Assembly (NCBI GenBank): GCA_944390735.1
Contig: CALXRL010000031.1
Location: 8,955 to 72,954, forward strand
Reading direction: 5' to 3'
Length of the DNA: 64,000 nucleotides
DNA from: an uncultured Victivallales bacterium
GTDB taxonomy: Bacteria; Verrucomicrobiota; Lentisphaeria; Victivallales; UBA1829
Position numbers and translations under genes: made by a program
Part shown: positions 38,076-48,055 of the stretch, one piece after another
Layout of the letters: each line of letters begins with the position of its first letter
How positions within the stretch are numbered: the first letter of the stretch is position 1
Notes under the pieces: generated by a model
Told to the model about the DNA's origin: nothing
What the model saw: only the letters and a program-made list of their open reading frames with translations
The model's database searches: none

Positions 38076-39020
38076 ATGAAAGCATTTTTATTCGCGGCGG
38101 CCGTAATGACTGCATTGACATGCGGTGCCAAAGAGCTCAAGGTCCTGATGATCGGAAACAGTTTCTCCCAGAGTGTTCTCACCTATCTGCCCGAAATCGC
38201 CGCGTCTGCGCCCGACTGCAAACTGAAACTCGGCCAGGCCATGATCGGCGGCTGCACCTTTGAACACCACTGCAAAGTGTTCCGGCAGGCGGAACGGGAT
38301 CCGGCTTTTCGTCCCTACTGGACCAATCTCCGGTTTGATCCGAAACAGCCGAGGAACCATCAGGCGAACCTCAAGGAACTGCTGACCGCCGACAAGTGGG
38401 ACATTGTCACCATTCAGCAGGGCAGCCATCAGAGCTGGCGGCCGGAATCCTTCGGAACCCACGCCGATGAGCTCATCCGCATCGTCCGGAAGTATGCGCC
38501 GCAGGCGGAAATTGTCGTTCATCAGACCTGGGCGTACCGGGCCGACGATTTCCGGATCGCGCCGGAGAACCCCGCCTGGAAAATCAGCCAGAAGGAGATG
38601 TACGACCGACTGACGGAAAATTACATTCAGCTGGCGAAACGGTACCGTTTCCGGATCATTCCCGTGGGATATGCCATTGAGCTGAGCCGGAAAAACACGC
38701 CGGTCAAGTTCCGCTTGTACGATCCGGCCATTCTGGATACATTGAATTTCCCGGATCTTCCGAGTCAGGCCGGGGATGTCGTCGGCAACATGCACTGGAG
38801 AAAAAGCGCAAAAACCGGGGAAATGGAGATCCGCCGCGACACCTTTCACCTCAACTGCCGCGGAAAATATCTTCAGGCTTGCACCTGGTTCCTGTTCCTG
38901 TTCGACAAAAAGCCTGAAGACGTGAAGTTCATTCCCAATGACATCGGCGACAAGGATGCCGGATTCCTTCTGCAATGTGCGGCGGAAGCGGTTGCCGGCT
39001 TCCCGCAGGTCGGAAAATAG
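38076..39020 (+). CDS. DUF4886-like SGNH-fold hydrolase, secreted/lipoprotein (paralog 2)
   Basis: 314 aa and colinear with paralog 1 without gaps. SD aaaggag before ATG 38076. The 61-aa upstream extension in the ORF track is Pro/Ser junk. Confidence 0.75.
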   Translation: MKAFLFAAAVMTALTCGAKELKVLMIGNSFSQSVLTYLPEIAASAPDCKLKLGQAMIGGCTFEHHCKVFRQAERDPAFRPYWTNLRFDPKQPRNHQANLKELLTADKWDIVTIQQGSHQSWRPESFGTHADELIRIVRKYAPQAEIVVHQTWAYRADDFRIAPENPAWKISQKEMYDRLTENYIQLAKRYRFRIIPVGYAIELSRKNTPVKFRLYDPAILDTLNFPDLPSQAGDVVGNMHWRKSAKTGEMEIRRDTFHLNCRGKYLQACTWFLFLFDKKPEDVKFIPNDIGDKDAGFLLQCAAEAVAGFPQVGK

Positions 39021-39059
39021 CACGATCCGGTCCTCCGGCGCGGAAGGGACCGGATGCGA

Positions 39060-41144
39060 TCACGGTCCCGTTTTTCTCATCGCAGGTCCGGGAGGAAAGA
39101 CGGGAGAGCTCTCCGCTTTTCTGCGAATTTCCTGTTCAATCTTGCGCTGTTTTTCCATACGGGCCCTGTTGGCGGAGTTTTCGGCAGCCATGCGTCGGCT
39201 GGCTTCGGAGATTTTTCGGAGAAGTTTCTGACGGGCCTTGCGCTTTTCGGCGGCTTTGCGACGGGCTTCCTCGCGCCGTTTGGCGTCCTGAGCGGCACGA
39301 CGGAGGGCGGCGAGATCGTCGCGGATCGTCTCCAGACGGGTCAGATCACTCTGAAGAAGCTGATCGTTCTCCGGATTGATCCGGTTCAGAATCTCGCGGC
39401 GTTCGCTTTGAAGAAGATTCCGGCTGTCGGCAATCGGAAGCACCTTTTCCCGTTTCGGTCCAAGACGGATGATTTCATAACTGGTGAGCGGGACAGGCTC
39501 TTTTCTCGGACGGTAGCGGCTGGCGTCCCGTTTGAGCTCCCGGAGCAGCCATGCCGGACGGGTTCCTGTGATGCCGCCCGCCTTCTCCGTCTCGAAATAC
39601 CGGTAGAAGACCCGCTGGAACTGATTCACCTCCCAGCCTCGTCCGAGGAAATAAACCGGATGCCCCTCCTTCTGCTGACGTTCAAAGAATTCCCGCAAAT
39701 ACTTGTACAACTGTCCGTAGTTGAACGCCCCCAGCTGTTTGTCGAGCGCTCTGGCGCGGCTCTGCTGGAGTCCCGCCGCCTGCGAATCCAGCGAACGCTT
39801 CACGATGTTCCGGATCTCGCGCGGATTCATAATGTAGGAAGGATACAGATGCCAGCGTTTTTCAAAATCCAGTTCATTCAAAAGTCCCGCATTGGCAATT
39901 AGAACGGCACCCTCCGGAATATGCTGGCGGGCACTTTCCACCACCACGGCCTTCTGGAGGTCTCCCGCCGCTTTCGGTTCTCCCATTTTTGTGATCCGCG
40001 CCCAGCCCCAGGTCCCCTGCAGCAGAAGCAGCAGAGTCAGCGAACAGAAAAACGCTCCGCGATACGGAAGAATTTTCGTCCTCAGGCGGCGGAGCGAAAG
40101 AATCGTCAGAAGGATCACCGCGGGAATCAGCGGACAGAGAAACCGCATGGCTCCGGTTCCTTCTCCATCGGGCGCCCAGTAATACATCAGGTAAAGGACA
40201 AAAGTCGGCAGAATCCAGATGCTCCAGAAAACCGCTCTGCGCCACCGGAGTCGCCAGACCGCCAGCGCAAACACTCCGAGCGGTCCGATCACACCCGTGA
40301 AAAATTCCGGGACATAGATCAGAAAGTTCGCCGGAATGAACCTCCATTCAAACGCGCTGGATTCGGAGGTTAGCGAATATCCGCTTCTCCATGGCGCCCC
40401 GTATGCCTGCGTATGGAACCATGCCAGCGCCGCATAGGGAATCGCGGCTCCCAGACAGACCGCCAGTGTCAGACTCCATTTTCTCCGTCCGGGGATCAGA
40501 AACAGCCCATACGCCAGCGGAATGAAAATCAGCAGAAAATCCGTGTATCGGATCCCGACCGTGAATCCGATCAGCGCTCCTCCGAGAACGGCCCGGAACA
40601 GCGCCGTTCGCGAACGGCACCTCGAAGCAGACACCACCGCCGCCATCCCCCAGAGAAAAAAAGCGAGACTCGGAGTATGCGAATTCTTCGCAATGCCCAG
40701 GATCGCCACCACCGGAGACAGCGCCATCATCCCCGCCGCCAGCAGTCCCCACCATCCTCCTGCCCAGAAGCGTCCCAGCACAAACATTCCTCCGACCGCA
40801 AGCACCGCGCCCCAGACGGTCGCATAAAACCCTCCTCCTTCTCCCAGCAGCCAGTTCATTCCCGCCGCCACCGCCGGATAAAACGGCGGATATTTCGGAT
40901 AATACTCCCCCCGCTCGTTCACCACCCACATATGCCCGATAAACTGAAGATCATCCACCGGTTTCTGATAACAGACTCCCTTCAGATTCAGCATCCGCGC
41001 ACAGACATGATATCCGTTCTGATCGGTCCCTCCCGTCACGGGAACCATATAGGTCAGGAGAAGTTGGGTATAGAGAATGAGAAGCACCCCGAGAATCAGA
41101 AGGGGCAGTTGTTTCAGAAATGTGGTTTTCCAGTTCTGGTTCAA
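39060..41144 (-). CDS. GT-C fold glycosyltransferase (GT39/GT83, ArnT/PMT-like) with long charged C-terminal tail
   Basis: 694 aa. N-terminal loop GGTDQNGYH and KYPPFYP motif with about 11 TM segments. The last about 110 aa are Arg/Lys/Glu-rich helical (AQDAKRREEARRKAAEKRKARQKLL..). Confidence 0.75.
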   Translation of the reverse strand: MNQNWKTTFLKQLPLLILGVLLILYTQLLLTYMVPVTGGTDQNGYHVCARMLNLKGVCYQKPVDDLQFIGHMWVVNERGEYYPKYPPFYPAVAAGMNWLLGEGGGFYATVWGAVLAVGGMFVLGRFWAGGWWGLLAAGMMALSPVVAILGIAKNSHTPSLAFFLWGMAAVVSASRCRSRTALFRAVLGGALIGFTVGIRYTDFLLIFIPLAYGLFLIPGRRKWSLTLAVCLGAAIPYAALAWFHTQAYGAPWRSGYSLTSESSAFEWRFIPANFLIYVPEFFTGVIGPLGVFALAVWRLRWRRAVFWSIWILPTFVLYLMYYWAPDGEGTGAMRFLCPLIPAVILLTILSLRRLRTKILPYRGAFFCSLTLLLLLQGTWGWARITKMGEPKAAGDLQKAVVVESARQHIPEGAVLIANAGLLNELDFEKRWHLYPSYIMNPREIRNIVKRSLDSQAAGLQQSRARALDKQLGAFNYGQLYKYLREFFERQQKEGHPVYFLGRGWEVNQFQRVFYRYFETEKAGGITGTRPAWLLRELKRDASRYRPRKEPVPLTSYEIIRLGPKREKVLPIADSRNLLQSERREILNRINPENDQLLQSDLTRLETIRDDLAALRRAAQDAKRREEARRKAAEKRKARQKLLRKISEASRRMAAENSANRARMEKQRKIEQEIRRKAESSPVFPPGPAMRKTGP

Positions 41145-41276
41145 TGGACACTCTCCGGAGAATTGTGTTTTCTGAAAACCATACCACCATCTGCGGCAGA
41201 TTGCAAATCCGGCAGGGGATTCCGTCGATTTTCCTTCTCCGCGGATTTGTGACGGATTCCGCCCGTCACGGATCCG

Positions 41277-42167
41277 TCATTTCAGATTTTGAACTGAAAT
41301 TTTATCCGTCATTTTTCGAAAACGTCCGGGAGGCATCCCGTAATGGCGGGCAAAAGCCCGGTTGAAACAGAACTCGTTCGGATATCCGACGGCCCCGGCG
41401 ATGTCCGAGAGTTTCCGGTCGCTTCCCAGCAGCAGCGCCCGTGCGCGCAGCATCCGTTCCTCTTCCAGCAGGTCGCGGAAACTCCTTCCGCAGAGCTCCC
41501 GGACCAGATGCCGCGCCCGCTCCGGAGAGAGGGAGAGCTCCGCGCCGAGCTCCTTCAACGTCACCGTCTTATGCGCGGATCTCCGGATCACTTCCAGAAT
41601 CCGCGTCATCCGGCGGTCCGCTGCCGGAAGTGAGAGATGCGCCTCGCACTCCTCCAGCAGTCCCAGACCGACCGTCCGCAGAAGATCCGTCAGTTCGGCG
41701 ATCCGCGTCTCGTTGATCTCCGGCAGCTCCGCATACCGGATTCGGAACCACTCCGGCAGAAATCCCGGCAGGGATTCCGGGGGGACGTTCTCCGACCGGA
41801 AAACGCCTGCAAACATCGTCAGCTGTCTGCTTCCCTTCCGGAGGACCGGAACGACCAGTTCCGTCAGGAATTTCCAGCATCGCTTCCGATGCGGCACCGG
41901 TTCCCGGTCCAGCAGCGCCTCCGTTTCCCGAAAGCACTCTTCGACGCACCGCGTATTCCAGAAGGGAAGCTGATATCGTCCCCGGGAACAGCACTCATGC
42001 GCATGGAGGTTCCGGGCCGGAAGCAGGGGCGAGCCGTCGGGACCGCGCAGCTTCCCGTAAAGATCATGAACCGTCAGGCGGACTCCGTACCTCGCTTCAA
42101 TTCCCCGGAGGAGACGTTCCGGACCGGAAATCCCCTCCGGCGGTTCCCGAAGTTTGAAAAATTCCAT
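41277..42167 (-). CDS. AraC family transcriptional regulator with Cys-rich N-terminal sensor domain
   Basis: C-terminal HTH TLKELGAELSLSPERARHLVRELCGRSF..LSDIAGAVGYPNEFCFNRAFARHYGMPPGRF. The N-terminus contains HAHECCSRG..NTRCVEEC. Confidence 0.85.
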   Translation of the reverse strand: MEFFKLREPPEGISGPERLLRGIEARYGVRLTVHDLYGKLRGPDGSPLLPARNLHAHECCSRGRYQLPFWNTRCVEECFRETEALLDREPVPHRKRCWKFLTELVVPVLRKGSRQLTMFAGVFRSENVPPESLPGFLPEWFRIRYAELPEINETRIAELTDLLRTVGLGLLEECEAHLSLPAADRRMTRILEVIRRSAHKTVTLKELGAELSLSPERARHLVRELCGRSFRDLLEEERMLRARALLLGSDRKLSDIAGAVGYPNEFCFNRAFARHYGMPPGRFRKMTDKISVQNLK

Positions 42168-42289
42168 TTTCCCGTTCTTTCAGCCGTTTTTGATAAAAAT
42201 ACAACCGTTTCAGAAATTGTCAAATCGGGAAACAGGAGCTAAAATGGCAATCGGGAGCAAGGTTCTGAACAGAAAGGAGAAGATCATCC

Positions 42290-43573
42290 ATGGATTTCGT
42301 GCAGGAGCAGGCGAGAAGAATCCCTGTCAAAGGGACGTTTGATGTCATTGTCGCGGGAAGCGGTCCCTCCGGAGTCTCCGCGGCGCTGAGAGCGGCGGAG
42401 TGCGGAGCGGAAACGCTGCTGATCGAACAGAACGGATGTCTCGGCGGCATGTGGACCGCGGGACTGCTCGGATGGATGATCGACCACGATAAAACCGAAA
42501 GCCGTCTGCTGATCCGTCTGAAAACGGAACTTCGGAAGCGCTGTTCCGCAGCGGGTTCCCCTCCGTGTTCCGGATCGTTCGCCTTTGAACCGGAGTGCAT
42601 GAAGCTGCTGCTGGAGGAGCTCTGCGAGGAAGCGGGCGTTCATCTCCGGCTTTATACGACGGTTGCGGGAACGATTCTCCGCGAGGGCGGCGCCATCGAC
42701 TGCGTCCTTACGGAATCCAAATCGGGACGCGAGGCCTGGAGAGCGAAACTCTTCCTTGATGCGACCGGAGACGGGGATCTGGGAGCTCTCTCCGGAGCCT
42801 CCTTTGATGCCGGAAGTTCGGAGGAGGGACGCTTTCAGCCGATGTCGATGCTCGCCGTTCTGACCGGAATCCGTCTTCCGGAGATCCTCCGGTATGTCAA
42901 CGGCTGCACGCCTCGCGCGGAGGCGGTCGGCAATCTTCACGATCTTCTTGCGGCGAACGGTGCGGAACCAAGCTATCACGACGCTTCGCTCTTCTTCCTT
43001 TCCGATGAGCTTTTCCTTCTGATGGCGAATCACGAGTACCGGGTTTCCGGCTGCGACGCCGATGATCTGACCCGATCCGCCATCGCCGCACGCCGGGAGA
43101 TCCATTCGCAGATTGCCGCGCTGCGGCGGAGCGGTCCCGAATGGAGACATCTCACGGTGGCGTGCACGGCGGAGCGGATCGGCGTCCGGGAGGGCCGGCG
43201 CATCCGGGGACTCTATTCGGTTTCGCTTGCGGATCTTCTGGAGGGGCGCCGTCAGCCGGACGCCATCTGTCATGTCAGGGCGGGAATTGATGTCCACGCG
43301 CTGAATCCCTCCTTTTCCAACGGATTTGCCGACCACAAATACAAGTCGAAGCCCTACGACATCCCCCTGCGGTCACTGATCTCCGCGGATGTCCCGAACC
43401 TGATCCTCACCGGACGGTGCATCAGCGGCGATTTTTACGCTCATGCCAGCTACCGTGTCACCGGCAACATGGTTCCGCTGGGAGAGGCCGCCGGCGTTCT
43501 GGCCGCATTGTCCGCGCGGGAAAACCGGCCCCCTGCGCGGATCCCGTATGAACGACTCAGACAGAATCTCTGA
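42290..43573 (+). CDS. FAD-dependent oxidoreductase (FAD_oxidored/GIDA-like family)
   Basis: FDVIVAGSGPSGVSAALRAAECGAETLLIEQNGCLGGMWTAG is a Rossmann GxGxxG dinucleotide-binding N-terminus. 427 aa. Confidence 0.85.
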   Translation: MDFVQEQARRIPVKGTFDVIVAGSGPSGVSAALRAAECGAETLLIEQNGCLGGMWTAGLLGWMIDHDKTESRLLIRLKTELRKRCSAAGSPPCSGSFAFEPECMKLLLEELCEEAGVHLRLYTTVAGTILREGGAIDCVLTESKSGREAWRAKLFLDATGDGDLGALSGASFDAGSSEEGRFQPMSMLAVLTGIRLPEILRYVNGCTPRAEAVGNLHDLLAANGAEPSYHDASLFFLSDELFLLMANHEYRVSGCDADDLTRSAIAARREIHSQIAALRRSGPEWRHLTVACTAERIGVREGRRIRGLYSVSLADLLEGRRQPDAICHVRAGIDVHALNPSFSNGFADHKYKSKPYDIPLRSLISADVPNLILTGRCISGDFYAHASYRVTGNMVPLGEAAGVLAALSARENRPPARIPYERLRQNL

Positions 43574-43583
43574 AGCCGAAAGC

Positions 43584-45926
43584 TTACCGGTCCGGAAAGA
43601 TCCGTTTCCCCGCCCGTTCCGCCCGGAGGGAGAAGTCCCGTTTCGCAATCGTGAGAAGCAGTTCGCCCTTCCGGTCGGGAACCCGGACGATCCAGGCATC
43701 GCGCGCATCCCGGACCGACGCGCTCTTCCCGACTTCGGACTCCTCCGAGGTCCGGTACGGACGGATCAGGGTGATGAACACCCCGTGTTCCGTTTTTTCC
43801 GGGGAATCGGCGGTCAGATGGTGCTGAACGAGTTTCAGATACGGCATCGGCGGAGGATCGAACCTGTCGGTCTGACTCAGACGAAGTCCGGCGGGATGGA
43901 GAAACTCCACACGGCAGTGGAAATCGCCGTTGTGTACGCGGATATCGCGCTGATCTTTGATCTCCATCCGGTTCAGCGCGTGAAGATGCCAGTTGAAAAT
44001 CGAAGGAGTCTTTGCTTCCAGCGTATCCACGATCAGAATCACGGAGGGTTTCAGAAAAAGAATCTGACGGCGGAAGGAACGGAGGCGTCCCTCATAGGAT
44101 TCCGCGGCCTCGCCGCAGACGTAGTCGGCTTCCCGGGAGGAGGAGAAACCGGTGATTGCGCCTCTTGCCGAACGCGACATCTTTTTCTGCCCGATTCCGT
44201 TGACCGTAATGTTGTTTTCGGATTTGGTCTCCCACATCCAGTTGCGATGAAACTCGCTGGCCCAGTTGTCCCGCTCTCCGGAGCGGATCAGCAGACGCTC
44301 CCCGCCCATGCTCAGAAGAAAACTGTTGTTGGCGTCGTATCCATGACTGGTTGTCCCGTTCGCGGGCGATGACTTGAACTGAATCTGCGTGTTCTCTTTC
44401 GCATCGGTAAGACTGGTATTCAGAATGGCCAGTCCGTTCCCGCGGAACAGACGCGAAAGCGGAAGATCGGTCGGAGCCCTGGACGGAACGGCGGGACGCG
44501 ACGCCCGCAAAAATTCAAGATAACAGACCTCCTTCTGCGCAGGTCCGATCCGTTCGGCATACCACTGGTAATACGGATTGTTGGAAAGCGAGGCAAGACT
44601 TTTCATCGTCAATGCGTGCTGGCGGCGTTCCTTGTGAGCCAGATCCCCGAATCCGCCGCCCCGGGTGAAGGGGGGCATCTGATAGAGAGCGTAATCGCCG
44701 GTTCTGCGGAAAAACGGTTTGCGGGAAATGTCGATCCGGAAGGTGTTTTCCAGAATGTCGCCCCACCAGAAAAAACGGTCGAGATATTCCCGCCAATACC
44801 AGATGCCCTCGTGCCAGCCGCCGTCGTTGTCGCCCCAGACGGGATAGACGCAGAAATAGACGTTCATGGCTCCGTCGATCCAGTCGGCCGCCTCGGGAAT
44901 CTCGCGGTAAAAGACCACGCCCGCCTCCCCGAGAAAGTGCCACAGCCGGTTTTTATGACTGTTGTACGGACGATAGAAATGACTCGGATACAGCATCCGG
45001 TACGCCTCCTGTCCGCGAATGCGGATCACGTTCCGGCACTGTTCGCGTTCCGCTTCCGAAAGCAGATCATGAACAAAACTGTATGTCCGGGAGAAGCGGG
45101 AAAGATACGGCATTCCGGCCTCGTCATTGTAGCGGATGGAGGTGGAGCCGCGGGGATCCCATTTTGCGCATTCAAGCAGAATCTTTTTGGCGGCGTCGCC
45201 GTACCGCCGGTCGCCGGTGATCCGCCACGCATACCCCAGTTCGGCGGCTCCGCCGAGCGTCTTCAGAATGCGCATCCGGTTCCCCCACCAGATCTTCTGC
45301 CACTGACGGGAGGGACTTTTCACGTCCGGTGGATATCGGGGCGGTTCCGAGGTCTCCGGCGGATTCTTCAGCAGAGCTTCGCAGACCGCGGTCATGCGGG
45401 AGGTCTCCTGCTTCAGTTTCCCCTCAGCCAGCCGGCGGAACTCCGGAAGCTGTTCCGGACGGATGAAGATCCGGGGATGTTCCGACGGAATGCGCGAAAG
45501 CAGTTCCCGCTGTTCCGGTTTCGGATTGGAAAGCGCGTCGGATGAAATTTCAAACCGGCGGACGGAGCTCCAGTTCGATTTCCGTCCGTCCTTCCCCGTA
45601 AACCGGACTCGCCAGAACCAGCGTCCCGACTCCATCTCCCGCGAAGGACAATAAACATTCCAGCGGAGTTTGGAAACGGTCTGTGCATTCTGAAAATCGC
45701 CGGTCCGGGCATACTGAAGTTCATAGGAGACTGCGCCTGTCTGATCTTTCCAGACAAAGGGCGCCGGGGTCACTTCGCAGACCTCTCCCGTCGCCGGATG
45801 GAATCCCCATTCATCTTCCCGCGCGGGCCCCTCCGGAAATTTCCTCTGCGCTCCTTCCGCCGCCAGTGTGACAAGGACAAAAAGAATGAAACAAAATTTC
45901 GCTTTCATCAGAAAAGAATCCTCCAT
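43584..45926 (-). CDS. Secreted heparinase II/III-like polysaccharide lyase (DUF4962 + Hepar_II_III domains)
   Basis: Signal peptide MKAKFCFILFVLVTLAAEGA (alternative start 45908). FVWKDQTGAVSYELQYA..WFWRVRF (DUF4962), NSHKNRLWH, GGWHEGIWYW, and HGYDANNSFLLSMGGERLL. Confidence 0.85.
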   Translation of the reverse strand: MEDSFLMKAKFCFILFVLVTLAAEGAQRKFPEGPAREDEWGFHPATGEVCEVTPAPFVWKDQTGAVSYELQYARTGDFQNAQTVSKLRWNVYCPSREMESGRWFWRVRFTGKDGRKSNWSSVRRFEISSDALSNPKPEQRELLSRIPSEHPRIFIRPEQLPEFRRLAEGKLKQETSRMTAVCEALLKNPPETSEPPRYPPDVKSPSRQWQKIWWGNRMRILKTLGGAAELGYAWRITGDRRYGDAAKKILLECAKWDPRGSTSIRYNDEAGMPYLSRFSRTYSFVHDLLSEAEREQCRNVIRIRGQEAYRMLYPSHFYRPYNSHKNRLWHFLGEAGVVFYREIPEAADWIDGAMNVYFCVYPVWGDNDGGWHEGIWYWREYLDRFFWWGDILENTFRIDISRKPFFRRTGDYALYQMPPFTRGGGFGDLAHKERRQHALTMKSLASLSNNPYYQWYAERIGPAQKEVCYLEFLRASRPAVPSRAPTDLPLSRLFRGNGLAILNTSLTDAKENTQIQFKSSPANGTTSHGYDANNSFLLSMGGERLLIRSGERDNWASEFHRNWMWETKSENNITVNGIGQKKMSRSARGAITGFSSSREADYVCGEAAESYEGRLRSFRRQILFLKPSVILIVDTLEAKTPSIFNWHLHALNRMEIKDQRDIRVHNGDFHCRVEFLHPAGLRLSQTDRFDPPPMPYLKLVQHHLTADSPEKTEHGVFITLIRPYRTSEESEVGKSASVRDARDAWIVRVPDRKGELLLTIAKRDFSLRAERAGKRIFPDR

Positions 45927-45929
45927 TCG

Positions 45930-46757
45930 TCAATTGTTCGCAGCCGTGGACCAGAAATAACCGAGAGTCGAATTGTACCAGAAGTTTTCCGGTATGACCG
46001 GATACTTCATCAGAACACTGTGACCGTCGGCGAAGGCGACGTTTGCCCCCATTTTTCCGGAATGCCGCCAGCTTCCGGTCCCGGTGGTCGCGGACATGAC
46101 CATCTGCGCCCGTTCGATCGCTCCGGGATCGGGCGAGTAGGTCTTCCAGATGGAGACATCAAAAAACGCCGCTCTTGCCGAAGGTCGCTTGATCCTGGTG
46201 ATCTTCATCTCCGGCCCTCCCACGGCGGAGGCAAATCCGCTGCGCTTTCCGTCGCTTCCGGCATTGATCCCGTAGTGGATTCTCGAACAGGTGGGGGAAA
46301 ACGGTCCGCTGGACGGACAGGCAAACACTTTCCGTGGCAGATAGAGCTGTGACTCATAGGAACTGCCCGGATTCAGCGCCTTCAGGGAACAGTTGTCGGA
46401 AATCGTTCCTCCTCCGCCCGCTTCCGGAAGAAAGGAGCCCGCAAGCACATCCTGCCACTTCGCCGCATAAGGATTTTCCGCCGTCGGCAGATTCCGGCTG
46501 ACGGCGGGGACCACATCGTTGTTCTGGGAAACATACATTGTCATCATCACTCCGATCTGTTTCAGATTCGATGCACACTGGATCTCCCGCGCTTTCTCCC
46601 GGGCGCTGCTCAGGGCGGGAAGCAGAAGACCGGCAAGAATGGCAATGATTGCAATTACTACCAGAAGTTCAATTAATGTAAAACTTTTCAGCGCGTTTCG
46701 GAATGAAAAAAGGGATATGCCGTTTTTTCGTTTCTGTTTCATTTTCTCCATCCTCAT
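45930..46757 (-). CDS. Pseudopilin-like protein with prepilin-type N-terminal methylation domain (DUF1559 type)
   Basis: [25 protein letters not shown]|[45 protein letters not shown]-terminal VAFADGHS. The upstream 102 aa of the track ORF are rejected. Confidence 0.85.
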   Translation of the reverse strand: MRMEKMKQKRKNGISLFSFRNALKSFTLIELLVVIAIIAILAGLLLPALSSAREKAREIQCASNLKQIGVMMTMYVSQNNDVVPAVSRNLPTAENPYAAKWQDVLAGSFLPEAGGGGTISDNCSLKALNPGSSYESQLYLPRKVFACPSSGPFSPTCSRIHYGINAGSDGKRSGFASAVGGPEMKITRIKRPSARAAFFDVSIWKTYSPDPGAIERAQMVMSATTGTGSWRHSGKMGANVAFADGHSVLMKYPVIPENFWYNSTLGYFWSTAANN

Positions 46758-46791
46758 TATTTGATTGGTTTGCAAACTTCCGCATACGGGT

Positions 46792-47862
46792 TCAAGTTGG
46801 TTTCGACGGCGGCCGGCAGGTGCCCGCATCGACGAATTCATAATTCCGGACGCAGGGTTTCTCCGGTTTTTCCCCCCGGATCTTCCGTAACAGATATTCC
46901 GCCGCCTGCACGGAGAAATCCGCCACATTGATCCGGAAACAGGTGTATTCCCTGACAATTTTGAGCGTTTCCCTGCTGTAAAGTTCAAAATAATCGTCCA
47001 GCACCACCACGGAGAGATCCCCGGGGACGTGGAGTTTGCAGGCTTCGAGTCCGCGGCTGACAAGTGGCTGTGTCAGTCCGCTCCCGAGAATTACCGCATC
47101 GGGCCGTTCCCGCGAAGCAAAATACCGGGGCAGCTGCTCCTCCAGACCGTTGGTCACCACCCATTCCGGATTGACCGGAAGACGCAGTTCCCACATCGTC
47201 TTCAGGAAAAATTCCCGCCGGAACCGATTGGGAATGATGTTGTCGCGATCCAGCAGAAATCCGATCTTCGTATGGCCCAGCGAGGCCAGATACCGGACCG
47301 CATCATGAACCAGCTCCTCGTTGGAGTATCCGAACGAGTAATCGGCAAGCTCCTCCTGAACCGTGCTCAGCAGGAAAAGCGGAACCCCCTTTGCATGAAT
47401 CCTCTGAATCGCCTCCCGGGAGAAATTTCCCTGATTGTAAACGAGCAGACCGTTCAGACGATATTCCGCAATCGCGGATTCCAGCTGGTCAAAGGTTCGG
47501 ATCAGCGGCAGAAGATCACATTCGTTCCGATGACAGAAGGTCCAGAGCTCCCCGAAAATGCGCTTGCTGTAATCATGAGGCTCCGCGACGAATCCGATTC
47601 GCGGACGGCGCAGCGGTTCCGGATTCGCTATGTACGTTCCCGATCCGCGCCTCCGGACTGCGTATCCTTTCGACTCCAGATCGTTCATGACGGCAATCAC
47701 GGTTGCCACGGAAAGACCGGTCTGTTTTGCAAACGCCCTCTCTCCGGGCAGACGTTCCCCGGGCTTCAGCTTGCCCGCGGCAATCTGACTGATCAGCTGA
47801 TCGGCAATCCGGCGGTACTTCGGTCCCTTTCCCGTCTCCGTCTGTAACAGCAGGTGCTCCAT
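46792..47862 (-). CDS. AraR-type chimeric regulator (GntR HTH + LacI-type sensor domain)
   Basis: Start at [70 protein letters not shown], then [31 protein letters not shown]. Confidence 0.8.
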   Translation of the reverse strand: MEHLLLQTETGKGPKYRRIADQLISQIAAGKLKPGERLPGERAFAKQTGLSVATVIAVMNDLESKGYAVRRRGSGTYIANPEPLRRPRIGFVAEPHDYSKRIFGELWTFCHRNECDLLPLIRTFDQLESAIAEYRLNGLLVYNQGNFSREAIQRIHAKGVPLFLLSTVQEELADYSFGYSNEELVHDAVRYLASLGHTKIGFLLDRDNIIPNRFRREFFLKTMWELRLPVNPEWVVTNGLEEQLPRYFASRERPDAVILGSGLTQPLVSRGLEACKLHVPGDLSVVVLDDYFELYSRETLKIVREYTCFRINVADFSVQAAEYLLRKIRGEKPEKPCVRNYEFVDAGTCRPPSKPT

Positions 47863-47949
47863 GTGTTGTCTTCCTTGTGTTTCGCAGGTATCATTATACT
47901 CCAAAACAAAAAAAATGTCAATAGAATAGATGTAGTTTTTTAGAAAAAT

Positions 47950-47967
47950 AATTACACTGGTGTAATT
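47950..47967. promoter_or_regulatory. Palindromic candidate operator AATTACAC-TG-GTGTAATT
   Basis: Perfect 8-bp arms with a 2-nt spacer in the AT-rich divergent intergenic region. It lies between the AraR-type regulator (start 47862) and the IscU-like gene (start 48138). Confidence 0.4.
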
Positions 47968-48055
47968 TAGAAAACCGGATCCATTCCCGTCCAGAGGGGA
48001 GAGCGGCATGGAATGCGGAAAAAGAAAATTCGATTCCGAAGTTTCGGGGTCCAGC

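Noticed and set aside
39025-39055. 9-bp hairpin atccggtcc/ggaccggat between convergent genes, considered as a bidirectional terminator
   Set aside because: It has a 13-nt loop and no U-tract on either strand, so it was not listed as a feature.
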